A stretch of DNA of 64,000 nucleotides from Polyangiaceae bacterium (GCA_050304975.1 JBNLEN010000008.1:10126-74125), one strand, 5' to 3'; positions 1 through 8,959 are shown, counted from the stretch's first letter. The notes: generated by a model not told the origin, from the letters alone. Translations and numbers: made by a program.

Positions 1-2258
1 CTTGCGGCGTTTCTTTCCCAGAGCTGACCCCCCAAGGCTTCAGCTTCAACAGCCCGCAGGGCATGTGCCAGTCGTGTAACGGTCTGGGCACTCGCGTGGA
101 GATGGATCCGGCGTTGGTCGTGCCCGATCCCAAACTGAGCATCGACGGCGGAGCGATTGCCCCTTGGGGTGAAGACGCGTCCGAAAAGAAGACTTGGGAT
201 TTTCGCGCCCAAATTCTGAAGCATCTCAAGCTCAACACCAAAAAGCCCTTTTACAAGCTCAGTGACAAGCAACGCCAGCAACTGCTGTGGGGCACGGGTG
301 ACAAGAAGTACGAAGTGGTGTGGACCGCCAGCAGCGGCTCCGGACGCTTCAAAGTCTCGTGGGAAGGCATCATCCCACGTCTGATGCGGCGCTTTCGACA
401 GACGCAAAGCGAACGTGCGCGCAAGTGGTACTCCCAGTTCCTGGGAACCGCCAACTGCTCAGACTGTGGCGGCAGCCGACTGCGAGCAGAGAGCGCCGCG
501 GTGAAAGTCGCTGGCAAGACCATCGTGCAGGTCTCTCAAATGACGGTCGTCGAGGCGGCGGACTTCTTCGACAACCTGCAGCTTGCCGGGGCCCGTCAAG
601 AGATCGCCGCCGAAGTCGTCAAAGAGCTTTCCAGCCGCATCGGCTTCTTGAAAGCGGTCGGTCTGGGTTACCTGTCACTTGACCGCGCTGGGCCAAGCTT
701 GTCGGGTGGTGAAGCGCAACGCATCCGTTTAGCTAGTCAAGTCGGCTCCGAACTGACCGGTGTGATCTACGTTTTGGATGAGCCCTCCATCGGGCTACAT
801 CAACGCGACAACCAAAAGCTGCTGAAGACCCTGTTTCGCATGCGCGACATCGGCAACACGGTGGTTTGCGTCGAGCATGATGAAGACACCATTCGCGCCG
901 CTGACCATGTGATTGACTTTGGGCCTGGTGCCGGTGTCAAGGGTGGGCACGTCACGTTCACTGGCACTCCGCAAGAGCTGGTCAAGAGCGCCAAGAGCCT
1001 CACGGGCGCGTATCTTTCGGGCAGGAAGTCGATTGAACCGCGGCCTCGTCGTGAGCCAACTGGCTGGCTAACAGTACGCGGGGCTCAAGAGAACAACCTG
1101 AAGGGCATTGATGTAGCTTTTCCTTTGGGGGTTTTGGTGGCGGTCACTGGCGTCTCCGGCGCCGGCAAGTCCACCTTGGTGAACGATATCCTGTGCCCAG
1201 CACTCGGGCGGCAATATCAGGGCAGCACCCAAAAAGTGGGGCGCCACGCCGGGATCGATGGGACTGAGCAGTTGGATCGAATCATCAACATCGATCAGCG
1301 CCCGATCGGACGCACGCCCCGTAGCAACCCGGTTACTTACATCAAGGTCTTCGACGACGTCCGTCGCTTCTTCGCCCAACTGCCCGAAGCAAAAGCCCGC
1401 GGCTACGCTCCGGGGCGCTTTTCGTTCAACGTCAAAGGCGGGCGCTGCGAGGGATGCGAAGGGGATGGCGTGCGCAAGATTGAGATGCACTTCCTGGCGG
1501 ACGTGTACGTCAAGTGCGAACAGTGCAACGGCAAGCGCTACAACCAGGCCACCCTGGACGTCACCTACAAGGGCAAAAACATCTCTGACGTTTTGGAGCT
1601 GACAGTCAGCGAGGCGCTCGAGCTATTTTCCGCACACCCGTCCATTTCGGCCCCCTTGTCACTGCTGCAAGAGGTGGGGCTCGAGTACATGCCCCTGGGG
1701 CAGCCCTCCCCTACTTTATCCGGTGGTGAAGCGCAGCGCATCAAGTTGGCGCGTGAGCTGTCCAAGCGCGCCACCGGCCGAACCATCTACGTCTTGGATG
1801 AACCCACTACCGGCTTACACTTCGCAGACATCGTCAAGCTGCTTGAAGTGCTGCATCGCCTAGTTGACGGCGGCAACACGGTTATCGTGATCGAACACAA
1901 TCTCGACGTCATCAAGTGCGCCGACCACATCATCGATCTGGGCCCGGAAGGCGGCCCCGACGGAGGACGCTTGCTCGCCTGCGGGAGCCCTGAAGAAATC
2001 GCCCGCGACAAGGCCTCCCACACCGGACGTTTCCTCAAGCACGTGCTCGCCCAACACAAGTCCCGCCCCCGCAGCGCTCCCAAGAGCACCAGTACCAAGG
2101 CCGCCTCCACCAAGCACGGCAACGGCAAGCCCAAGGCATCCACCAAGTCCAAGGCATCCACCAAGCCCAAGGCATCCACCAAGTCCAAAGCCAACGGTGC
2201 TCGGACTAGAAGCTCCCGAGCAGAGACACCCGGCACCAAGCCCCGCGTTCGCCAGTAG
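1..2258 (+). CDS. uvrA: Excinuclease ABC subunit A (UvrA), 5'-truncated by the window edge, with a Lys-rich C-terminal tail
   Basis: The frame of ORF 63..2258 stays open back to base 3 (CGVSFPELTPQGFSFNSPQGMCQSCNGLG, the UvrA zinc-finger region). Two ABC modules are present: LSGGEAQRIRLA with IYVLDEPSIGLH, Walker A GVSGAGKST, then LSGGEAQRIKLA with IYVLDEPTTGLH. A second zinc finger reads CEGCEGDG...CEQCNG. Confidence 0.95.
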   Translation, partial: CGVSFPELTPQGFSFNSPQGMCQSCNGLGTRVEMDPALVVPDPKLSIDGGAIAPWGEDASEKKTWDFRAQILKHLKLNTKKPFYKLSDKQRQQLLWGTGDKKYEVVWTASSGSGRFKVSWEGIIPRLMRRFRQTQSERARKWYSQFLGTANCSDCGGSRLRAESAAVKVAGKTIVQVSQMTVVEAADFFDNLQLAGARQEIAAEVVKELSSRIGFLKAVGLGYLSLDRAGPSLSGGEAQRIRLASQVGSELTGVIYVLDEPSIGLHQRDNQKLLKTLFRMRDIGNTVVCVEHDEDTIRAADHVIDFGPGAGVKGGHVTFTGTPQELVKSAKSLTGAYLSGRKSIEPRPRREPTGWLTVRGAQENNLKGIDVAFPLGVLVAVTGVSGAGKSTLVNDILCPALGRQYQGSTQKVGRHAGIDGTEQLDRIINIDQRPIGRTPRSNPVTYIKVFDDVRRFFAQLPEAKARGYAPGRFSFNVKGGRCEGCEGDGVRKIEMHFLADVYVKCEQCNGKRYNQATLDVTYKGKNISDVLELTVSEALELFSAHPSISAPLSLLQEVGLEYMPLGQPSPTLSGGEAQRIKLARELSKRATGRTIYVLDEPTTGLHFADIVKLLEVLHRLVDGGNTVIVIEHNLDVIKCADHIIDLGPEGGPDGGRLLACGSPEEIARDKASHTGRFLKHVLAQHKSRPRSAPKSTSTKAASTKHGNGKPKASTKSKASTKPKASTKSKANGARTRSSRAETPGTKPRVRQ
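2133..2192 (+). repeat. In-frame 18-bp tandem repeat (about 3.3 copies) encoding KASTKS/KASTKP in the UvrA tail
   Basis: aaggcatccaccaag(t/c)cc is repeated head-to-tail at 2133, 2151 and 2169, with a partial fourth unit. The translation is KASTKSKASTKPKASTKSKA. Confidence 0.85.
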
Positions 2259-2617
2259 TGGTCCGTGCTCCCAGTCGTGGTTCGAGGTCTGGACGGCACC
2301 CGCTCGGTGTGGGGCCAAGCCGCCATCCCAGTCATCACCGCGTGCCAACACTACGCGCGGACGCTAGCGGCCAGGCCCACTGTTCCGCAGGTGCGTTTGT
2401 CGCTGTTTCGAAATCGTGTTTTTGTTACGGATCCGCGACATTTTGGCGCGCCGTCCGGATCGGTGAGAGACCGTGTCGTCGATCCATAACATTTTCGCGC
2501 TTTCTGAACCCCGACAAACGCGCAACGAGCTTGGACAACCCTACCCACGAAACTGCTGGCATGAATATCGCTGCGCGCTACAGCACCCACGCGAAGAGCC
2601 GTGGGTTAACGCAAAGA

Positions 2618-4042
2618 CTAGCGCCGACGGCCGCGGAATGCGCCGGACGGAGGAGCACTCGCTGGCGGCGCCTCCGAGGATGCCGCATCCGCAGACTCGG
2701 AGGGCGATGATGGCTCCGATTCTGGCTTAGAGGCAGCCGCTGGCTCAGAGGCAGCAGCTGGCTCAGAGGCAGCCGCTGGCTTAGAGGCAGCCGTCGACCC
2801 GGACTGTGCTGGTGGCGGCGCGGGTGGGGCCGCCTCGGGGACAGGATCGGGCAGGTTCAGGCGTTCCTTCAACAGTGCGCCAAATGAACCAACAGCACTC
2901 GGCGACGTATGAGTGCGGGTTTGCTGAGTGAACTCGCGATAGTTCTGTCGTTCTTCCACGCCGGCAACGCGGCCAATGCTGAACGTGATCTTGCCAGCAT
3001 CGTCTCCCTTGACGAGCACCACCTGCACCTCCTTATCCAGAGGAAACAGCTTGCGGTGATCCGCGCCGCGCGGGATCCCCAGTTCGCGCAGTGGCACCAG
3101 ACCGGTACCCTTCGAAGTTTCGACAAAGATCCCGAACGATGAGGCCTTGGTTACTTTGCCGGTCAGAATTTGACCGGGTTGCGGCACGTCACTCACGGGA
3201 GCCGCCTGGGTGGCTCGAACGCTGAGTCGCAATTTGGGGATTGGGCTCTTGTCGTTGGGTTCAATCGCGAGCACACGCACGGTCAGCTTTTCGCCAACGC
3301 TGAGCATGTCCTCCACCTGTTCAACACGATGATGCGCCAATTCCGAGACGTGGACCAAGCCTTCGACGCCGCCCCCAAGATCGATGAAAGCACCGTACTT
3401 CTGCAGCGAGCTGACGACCCCTTCGTAGTCACCGCCGACGCTGATGCTGTCCAAAATCTCGCGGCTCTTGCGCGCCCGCTCTTGCTCCATCAGCGCCTTG
3501 CGTGAGAGCACGACGCTGCGCCCATCGTCGCGAATCTCCAGAACCTTGAATTGCAAGGTCTGCCCTTCGAAGCTGCCCAGCTCAGAGACGTAGTTCACGT
3601 CCACTTGGGACGCCGGACAGAAAGCTCGGATGCCGCCAATCTGCACTTCCAAGCCGCCTTTGACGACCTTGGTGACGCTGCCTTCGACGGGAAGTCCGCT
3701 CTCGAGCGCAGATTCGAGCTGGGCGGTGTCAGGTTTACCTTGAGCGCGTCCCAGTGCCATAACCAAGACCACGCCATGGACGTCGCTGGCGCTGGCAACA
3801 CTCGCTCGAAGCACATCACCAAGCTTGACGTGCAGGTTGCCCTTCTTGTCCTCTAGCTCAGCGCGATCGATGCGCGCCTCCGTCGTCGTTCCAACGTCGA
3901 CGAACACACTGTCGCGGCCGATTTGCACGACCTTGCCCTCAACCACTTCACCGGGGCGCAATTTACGGCTCCGCCTCGCTTGATCCTGGACCTGATCGGC
4001 CGCACCAGATTCCATCAATGACGCGAAATCGCCCTTATCCAT
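2618..4042 (-). CDS. S1 RNA-binding domain protein (four S1/OB repeats) with a low-complexity Ala/Ser/Pro/Glu tail
   Basis: Repeated S1 signatures: GEVVEGKVVQIGRDSVFVDVG, GLPVEGSVTKVVKGGLEVQIGG, GGDYEGVVSSLQKYGAFIDLG, GQILTGKVTKASSFGIFVETS. It is shorter than canonical RpsA, so I do not call it rpsA. Confidence 0.85.
   Translation of the reverse strand: MDKGDFASLMESGAADQVQDQARRSRKLRPGEVVEGKVVQIGRDSVFVDVGTTTEARIDRAELEDKKGNLHVKLGDVLRASVASASDVHGVVLVMALGRAQGKPDTAQLESALESGLPVEGSVTKVVKGGLEVQIGGIRAFCPASQVDVNYVSELGSFEGQTLQFKVLEIRDDGRSVVLSRKALMEQERARKSREILDSISVGGDYEGVVSSLQKYGAFIDLGGGVEGLVHVSELAHHRVEQVEDMLSVGEKLTVRVLAIEPNDKSPIPKLRLSVRATQAAPVSDVPQPGQILTGKVTKASSFGIFVETSKGTGLVPLRELGIPRGADHRKLFPLDKEVQVVLVKGDDAGKITFSIGRVAGVEERQNYREFTQQTRTHTSPSAVGSFGALLKERLNLPDPVPEAAPPAPPPAQSGSTAASKPAAASEPAAASEPAAASKPESEPSSPSESADAASSEAPPASAPPSGAFRGRRR
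2724..2795 (-). repeat. In-frame 18-bp tandem repeat x4 encoding AAASEP/AAASKP in the S1-protein tail
   Basis: The plus strand reads ggct(t/c)agaggcagc(c/a)gct four times from 2724 to 2795. The protein reads SKPAAASEPAAASEPAAASKP. Confidence 0.85.
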
Positions 4043-4240
4043 AGCGTGCGAGGATTAGGAGCAGGTCCCAGCAAAGACAAGCGTTTTATTCATCTGCCCC
4101 AAAAAGGCCCTGAGCCGCGAGATTACCGAGATTTTCGACCAGCCCCCCATCTCAATCCGGCTGTTTCGCCGCGACGGAACGCCAGGTTGCACGCCGCAAT
4201 CTTTGACCTTTCGTGGGCCGGGCGCCACACTTTGCCCGAC

Positions 4241-5869
4241 ATGCGGACCTACCTTGCGGCATTCGCGCTCGCGGCATTTTTGTGCGCTGTCCTGGTGCCG
4301 CTGGTTCGCAAGTTCGCGTTTCGTGTGGGGGCGGTTTCGCGGCCAGGGGGGCGCAACGTCAACCAGCAGGCTATCCCGAGACTCGGCGGGATCACGATCG
4401 CGTTCGCGGCTCTCACGCCACTAGCTACATTGTTCGTTGTCGACTCGGGCGTGGCTCGCTTCGTGCGTCAGTCGCCAGGGTTGACCTGGGGTTTGCTGAT
4501 CGGAGGCGCCGCTTTGTGCGTGATCGGCGCCTGGGATGACGCGCGGGGTGTACGCGCCCGCTACAAGCTATTGGTGCAGATCTTGGTGGCCGCTCTGGCT
4601 TACCAAGTGGGCTTTCGCATCGACAATATCTCGCTGCCGTTCTTGGGCACCGTGTCGATGGGCAGCTTCGGTTTCTTGGTCACGATCGCCTGGATTGTCG
4701 GCATCACCAACGCCGTAAACCTGATCGATGGGTTGGATGGGCTAGCCGCCGGAATTGGATTTTTTGCAGCTTTCGCCAATTTCGTCGTCGCCTTCTTGAC
4801 AGGAGACTCCGCCGTGAGCGTGTTCGTGGCGACCTTGATGGTGTCGTTGATGGGTTCACTCGCGGGGTTCCTGTTTTTCAACTTCAATCCCGCCCGCATC
4901 TACATGGGTGACTCCGGCAGCTACTTTCTGGGGTTCGTGTTGTCGGTCAGCGCACTGATGTCGCCGCTGCAGAAGGCGTCGACGGCGGTGTCCCTGCTCG
5001 CGCCCATGGTCGCTCTGGGATTGCCGATCTTCGACACACTGCTATCGCTGCTCAGACGCTATCTGGAGAAGCGACCGCTGTTTTCGCCGGACCGTGGCCA
5101 CATCCATCACCGACTGTTGGACATGGGCGTCACGCATCGTCGGGCCGTCGTGAGTCTCTACGGTGCGAGCGTGCTGTTGGCCGGCTCGGCCATTGCCATC
5201 GCACTGGGCCGTGATTGGGAGGTGGGCTTTGCAATCCTCGGTGCCAGCGTCGTCCTGATCGGGTTGGTCCGTTTTACTGGCTACTTCACGGATGCCCAAA
5301 GGCAAGCTCGACGGGACCAGCGTGTTTACGATCAGGAGGTGCAGCTGCTGCGTGGCGTGCTGCCAGAGACGATGACGGACTTGGTGACCGCAAGAACCGA
5401 AGAGGCTCTCTGCGAGAGCCTGCGTGAATTCGGAAAGCGAGCGAAATTCTCTCGCTTGTCGTTGTGGCGCTCGCACGCGGGCGAAGAGCAGCGGGTCCTC
5501 CAATGGCCGAGCGCTGACGCTGGTCCTCTTCCGACTGGTAGCGTACCAAAGCGCAGGGTTCAAACACGCAGTGACAGAACCGTAGTCCGCTACCCAGTGA
5601 GCACCAAGGGGCTACGGCTCGAGATTGAGTGGTCGAGCGATGTCATCCTCAGCGCGCGCGCCGAGGTCCTGCTGCAAGCTGTTGTCGACCAGCTGGCATA
5701 CAGCCTGTGGAAGGCGGGTAGCTCTTGGGTTACTGAGCCCTCGACCTTGCCGCCAGATCCCGACGCGCTGGTCCCAAGCTTCGTGGAAGTCGAACGCCGG
5801 GCAGATCGAGACAGCTCCGAACATGACGCCCACAAGTCCGACAAGCGCCCCTCGCTCGAAATTGGCTGA
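4241..5869 (+). CDS. Glycosyltransferase family 4 (WecA/WbpL/MraY-like) polyprenyl-phosphate sugar-1-phosphate transferase with a roughly 190-aa C-terminal cytoplasmic extension
   Basis: ATG at 4241 (MRTYLAAFALAAFL...) starts the first TM helix. The upstream part of ORF 4046.. is Arg/Pro-rich and begins with GTG. Motifs: WDDARGVRARYKL, ITNAVNLIDGLDGLAAG, NFNPARIYMGDSGSYFLGF. There are multiple TM helices. Confidence 0.85.
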   Translation: MRTYLAAFALAAFLCAVLVPLVRKFAFRVGAVSRPGGRNVNQQAIPRLGGITIAFAALTPLATLFVVDSGVARFVRQSPGLTWGLLIGGAALCVIGAWDDARGVRARYKLLVQILVAALAYQVGFRIDNISLPFLGTVSMGSFGFLVTIAWIVGITNAVNLIDGLDGLAAGIGFFAAFANFVVAFLTGDSAVSVFVATLMVSLMGSLAGFLFFNFNPARIYMGDSGSYFLGFVLSVSALMSPLQKASTAVSLLAPMVALGLPIFDTLLSLLRRYLEKRPLFSPDRGHIHHRLLDMGVTHRRAVVSLYGASVLLAGSAIAIALGRDWEVGFAILGASVVLIGLVRFTGYFTDAQRQARRDQRVYDQEVQLLRGVLPETMTDLVTARTEEALCESLREFGKRAKFSRLSLWRSHAGEEQRVLQWPSADAGPLPTGSVPKRRVQTRSDRTVVRYPVSTKGLRLEIEWSSDVILSARAEVLLQAVVDQLAYSLWKAGSSWVTEPSTLPPDPDALVPSFVEVERRADRDSSEHDAHKSDKRPSLEIG

Positions 5870-5872
5870 CCG

Positions 5873-5928
5873 CCTGCTGTGATCAGCCTGCCGTGATCAG
5901 CCTGCTGTGGTCGGCCAAGTGTGATCAA
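5873..5928. repeat. Four 14-bp-periodic GTGATCA-containing units immediately after the GT4 gene stop
   Basis: cctgctGTGATCAg (5873-5886), cctgccGTGATCAg (5887-5900), cctgctGTGGTCGg (5901-5914), ccaagtGTGATCAa (5915-5928). The TGATCA core is palindromic. Confidence 0.7.
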
Positions 5929-6138
5929 ACTGTGCGCACCAGTGGCGCATCCGCTGTGGGCACAAACGCGCGTTTCGCCGATTTCGCCGCTCAGCCAAAG
6001 TTCTAGTTGGCATGTTTGGCTGCGATCGAGCGGTTCGACTTCGAGGCTAGAATTTGCCCACCTTCGAAACGCACGGGCACCCACGGATCAGGCGGTCGCC
6101 TAGCACGAGTTAACGCCGCCAATTATAGTCAGGTTGCT

Positions 6139-8223
6139 ATGAGATTTGTCGCCACGGGCCCCGCCTGTTTGATCACCAGCTCGCTCAACGCTCTGCTGGC
6201 GTTGAGTTGCGCCCTAACCATGAGTTGTTCTGCCCCGAGCGACGATGTCGGACGTAAGCCGGGAAGCGGCGGGCAAAGCGGCGTCACGGTCGATCAAGAC
6301 GGCAATCCGGTCGCACCACCACCGAACGGCATGGTCGACGGCTTCGTTGACGACAGTGATATGTCGCCGCTTGCCGGCGGGGATAACCCGCAACAAGCCG
6401 CGGAAGATTTGGTAGCCAAGCCCGCCTGCCAAGGCAACTGCCAAGACATCCCGGCCACCCCGTTCATCGATGAGGGGGCGAGTGTCGATGCTGCCAACCC
6501 GGCCGCCGCATTCGCGACCGCCAGCGGCAGTGGGGTTTGCGTCTTGGAGCCTCCCGACAAAGCGTTGATGCCCGCCAATTGGAGCCCGCCGCTGTTCGAG
6601 TGGGCTGGCACAGATGAGGCCTGGGAAATCACCGTTTCGAGCCCTCAGCAGGAGAATGATCTCAAGGGTTACACCAGCAAGAATTCTTGGCTGTTTCCCC
6701 CGGAGTTGTGGGTCGGGTTTGCCGAAAACAACGATGACAATGACGTCACGGTCACCATTCGCGGCAAGAGCGGAGCCAGCGCGACAACCACGTTCCACAT
6801 CGCGCCAGTCCGCGCCACGGGCAGCATGGTGTACGCCGTACTCAGCTGCTTGGATTCAATGGACCAGAGCTGCTCGCTGCTGGACGGCTTCAACGTGGGT
6901 GACGTGAGCACGACCGAAGCGTTGACGCCAATGAGTATCGACCCTGGCATCGTGCTACGCGACGAGGGCGGCAACTTGCAGGCCGATCGCCCCGTGCGCT
7001 GCATTGGCTGTCACACTTCCACGCCCGGCGGTGCGGAAGTCGCGTTCACGGACTCATGGCCGTGGACAAACACCATTACCTCAATCACTGACGGCTCCGC
7101 CGGCACACGTCCGTCTTACCTGACAGACGCTGCCAGCGCCCTGATCGGACAACCCTGGATGGGCATCCAGACGTTCTCCAAAGCTCACTGGATCGACGGC
7201 GACCGCGTGGTGATCTCCAGCTATGGCACGGGGCTGATCGAGCCCCTGCCGGCGGATCTGGATCCAGGAGCGCAGGTGCTCACTCCGTACGCCACCCAGG
7301 GTGACAACAACCGCGGATCCAATCAGCCGATCGCGGAGCTGGCGTGGATCGATCTGGAGGCGGCTGCGCCAGATCCTTTGCCCATGCAAGGCTGGGAAGC
7401 GGGCCGCGCCATGGCGGCTGAGATCGGCACCACCTGGGGTTTCTTGGCGCGTGAAGGCGACTCCCGCGGCGCGATGGCACCCCACTGGTCTGCGGCTGGC
7501 GATACCGTGGTCTACGTTTCCACCGACTGCGGCAAAGATGGCCGGCTCGGGTGCGGACGCGACACGATGCCCCCCTCCGGCGACACCGAAGCGGACTTGT
7601 ATACGGTACCGTACAACAATCGCGCGGGCGGGGCGGCTACGCCCGTGGCCGGTGCTAGCGAACCGGGCGTCTGGGAGTACTACCCATCGTTCTCTGCTGA
7701 CGACAAGTTGATCGCGTTCAATCGCGTCGCCAACTACGCCAACGTGATGACGGAAGACAACCAGGCAGCCGCCATGTACTACAACCCGGCGTCAGAGGTC
7801 TGGGTCGTGCCCGCGGCCGGCGGAGAAGCCACACGCTTGGTAGCCAACGATCCTGTCGCCTGCGACCCACGCGGTGTGACGAGCCCCGGCGCCTACAATA
7901 GCTGGCCGAAATGGTCTCCGCGGGCAGTCACCGCTGAGAATGGCAAGACCTACTACTGGGTGATCTTTCAATCTGCGCGTGACCCCAACGATACCTTCAA
8001 CTTCCAAGGGAACTTCTCCCTCAAGGGTCCGAACTCCAAGCTGTACCTCGCCGGTATCGTCACGGAGAACGGCGTGATCACCGAAACCACCCCAGCGGTG
8101 GACATCTGGTTTCAGAGGCGTACTTATGACGTGGGTGGTGAGTCCCGCACGGTCAACAACCTGACGCCCGCGTGGGATACCTTCCCGATCCCTCCGCCGC
8201 CCAAGATCCCCCGCGTCAAGTGA
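6139..8223 (+). CDS. Secreted hypothetical protein with a single CXXCH motif and a TolB/PD40-like C-terminal region
   Basis: ATG at 6139 gives the signal-like N-terminus MRFVATGPACLITSSLNALLALSCALTMSC. CIGCH lies at 7000-7014. The C-terminal half has propeller-like strings (YYPSFSADDKLIAFNR, VWVVPAAGGEATRLV, WPKWSPRA...YYWVIFQSAR). The function is unknown. Confidence 0.65.
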   Translation: MRFVATGPACLITSSLNALLALSCALTMSCSAPSDDVGRKPGSGGQSGVTVDQDGNPVAPPPNGMVDGFVDDSDMSPLAGGDNPQQAAEDLVAKPACQGNCQDIPATPFIDEGASVDAANPAAAFATASGSGVCVLEPPDKALMPANWSPPLFEWAGTDEAWEITVSSPQQENDLKGYTSKNSWLFPPELWVGFAENNDDNDVTVTIRGKSGASATTTFHIAPVRATGSMVYAVLSCLDSMDQSCSLLDGFNVGDVSTTEALTPMSIDPGIVLRDEGGNLQADRPVRCIGCHTSTPGGAEVAFTDSWPWTNTITSITDGSAGTRPSYLTDAASALIGQPWMGIQTFSKAHWIDGDRVVISSYGTGLIEPLPADLDPGAQVLTPYATQGDNNRGSNQPIAELAWIDLEAAAPDPLPMQGWEAGRAMAAEIGTTWGFLAREGDSRGAMAPHWSAAGDTVVYVSTDCGKDGRLGCGRDTMPPSGDTEADLYTVPYNNRAGGAATPVAGASEPGVWEYYPSFSADDKLIAFNRVANYANVMTEDNQAAAMYYNPASEVWVVPAAGGEATRLVANDPVACDPRGVTSPGAYNSWPKWSPRAVTAENGKTYYWVIFQSARDPNDTFNFQGNFSLKGPNSKLYLAGIVTENGVITETTPAVDIWFQRRTYDVGGESRTVNNLTPAWDTFPIPPPPKIPRVK

Positions 8224-8305
8224 CGCTTGGCTAGCCGCCTGACCTCGCCTGAGACTCAGCCGGGCGCTTCCGCGTGCAGCACACTTCCGCTAGGCTGGCT
8301 CGACC

Positions 8306-8959
8306 ATGCCGACTTTTGATTGCAGTAGCTGCGGCTCCAGCTTTGAGGTGCCCCAGTCCGCCCTGGATAAGTTTCCAGGCTGGCAACCCAAAACCTGTCT
8401 GAAATGTCGGGGTAAAGCGGGTCCCAGCAAAGCATCGAAGCGGCGCACCAAACGCCCACCGTCCAGTCAGACGCGTGAGGAAGATCTGACCGTCGCCGAG
8501 GTGCTCGCCAAGTACACCGATGGGCCGGCAGACGGCGTCTTCACCGATGGCGCCGCGAACCCGAATCCGGGACCTGGCGGCTGGGGCGCCGTCTTCGTGA
8601 AAGAAGGCGAAATCGTCGACGAAGCCTGGGGCCACGATCCTGACACGACCAACAATCGCATGGAGCTGACCGCGCTGATGCGGGGCATTGCTTTGGTACC
8701 GGAGGGGGAATCCGCGGTCGTCTATACCGACAGCCAGCTGTGCGTGAACACTCTGACGAAATGGGCGTCCGGGTGGGAGAAGAACGGATGGAAGCGCAAG
8801 ACCGGTGAGATCAAGAACCTCGATTTGGTCAAACAGCTCTATAAGCAGCTGGGCCTGCGCCCGGAGCTGAAACTCGAGTGGATCAGAGCGCATTCCGGCT
8901 ACCGCTGGAACGAATATGCGGACGCGTTGGCCACGGCCTATCGCAGAGACACGAAGTGA
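8306..8959 (+). CDS. rnhA: Ribonuclease HI with an N-terminal CxxC...CxxC zinc ribbon and a basic linker
   Basis: RNase HI catalytic set: FTDGAANPNPGPGGWG (Asp), TNNRMELTAL (Glu), VYTDSQ (Asp), HSGYRWNEYADALA (His/Asp). The N-terminus is MPTFDCSSCGSSF...KTCLKCRGKAGPSKASKRRTKRPP. Confidence 0.9.
   Translation: MPTFDCSSCGSSFEVPQSALDKFPGWQPKTCLKCRGKAGPSKASKRRTKRPPSSQTREEDLTVAEVLAKYTDGPADGVFTDGAANPNPGPGGWGAVFVKEGEIVDEAWGHDPDTTNNRMELTALMRGIALVPEGESAVVYTDSQLCVNTLTKWASGWEKNGWKRKTGEIKNLDLVKQLYKQLGLRPELKLEWIRAHSGYRWNEYADALATAYRRDTK

Noticed and set aside
2133-2795. Regularly spaced short repeats that might have suggested a CRISPR-like array.
   Set aside because: The units are contiguous 18-bp in-frame coding tandem repeats with no spacers, inside two different genes. 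No CRISPR array or cas genes are present anywhere in the window.
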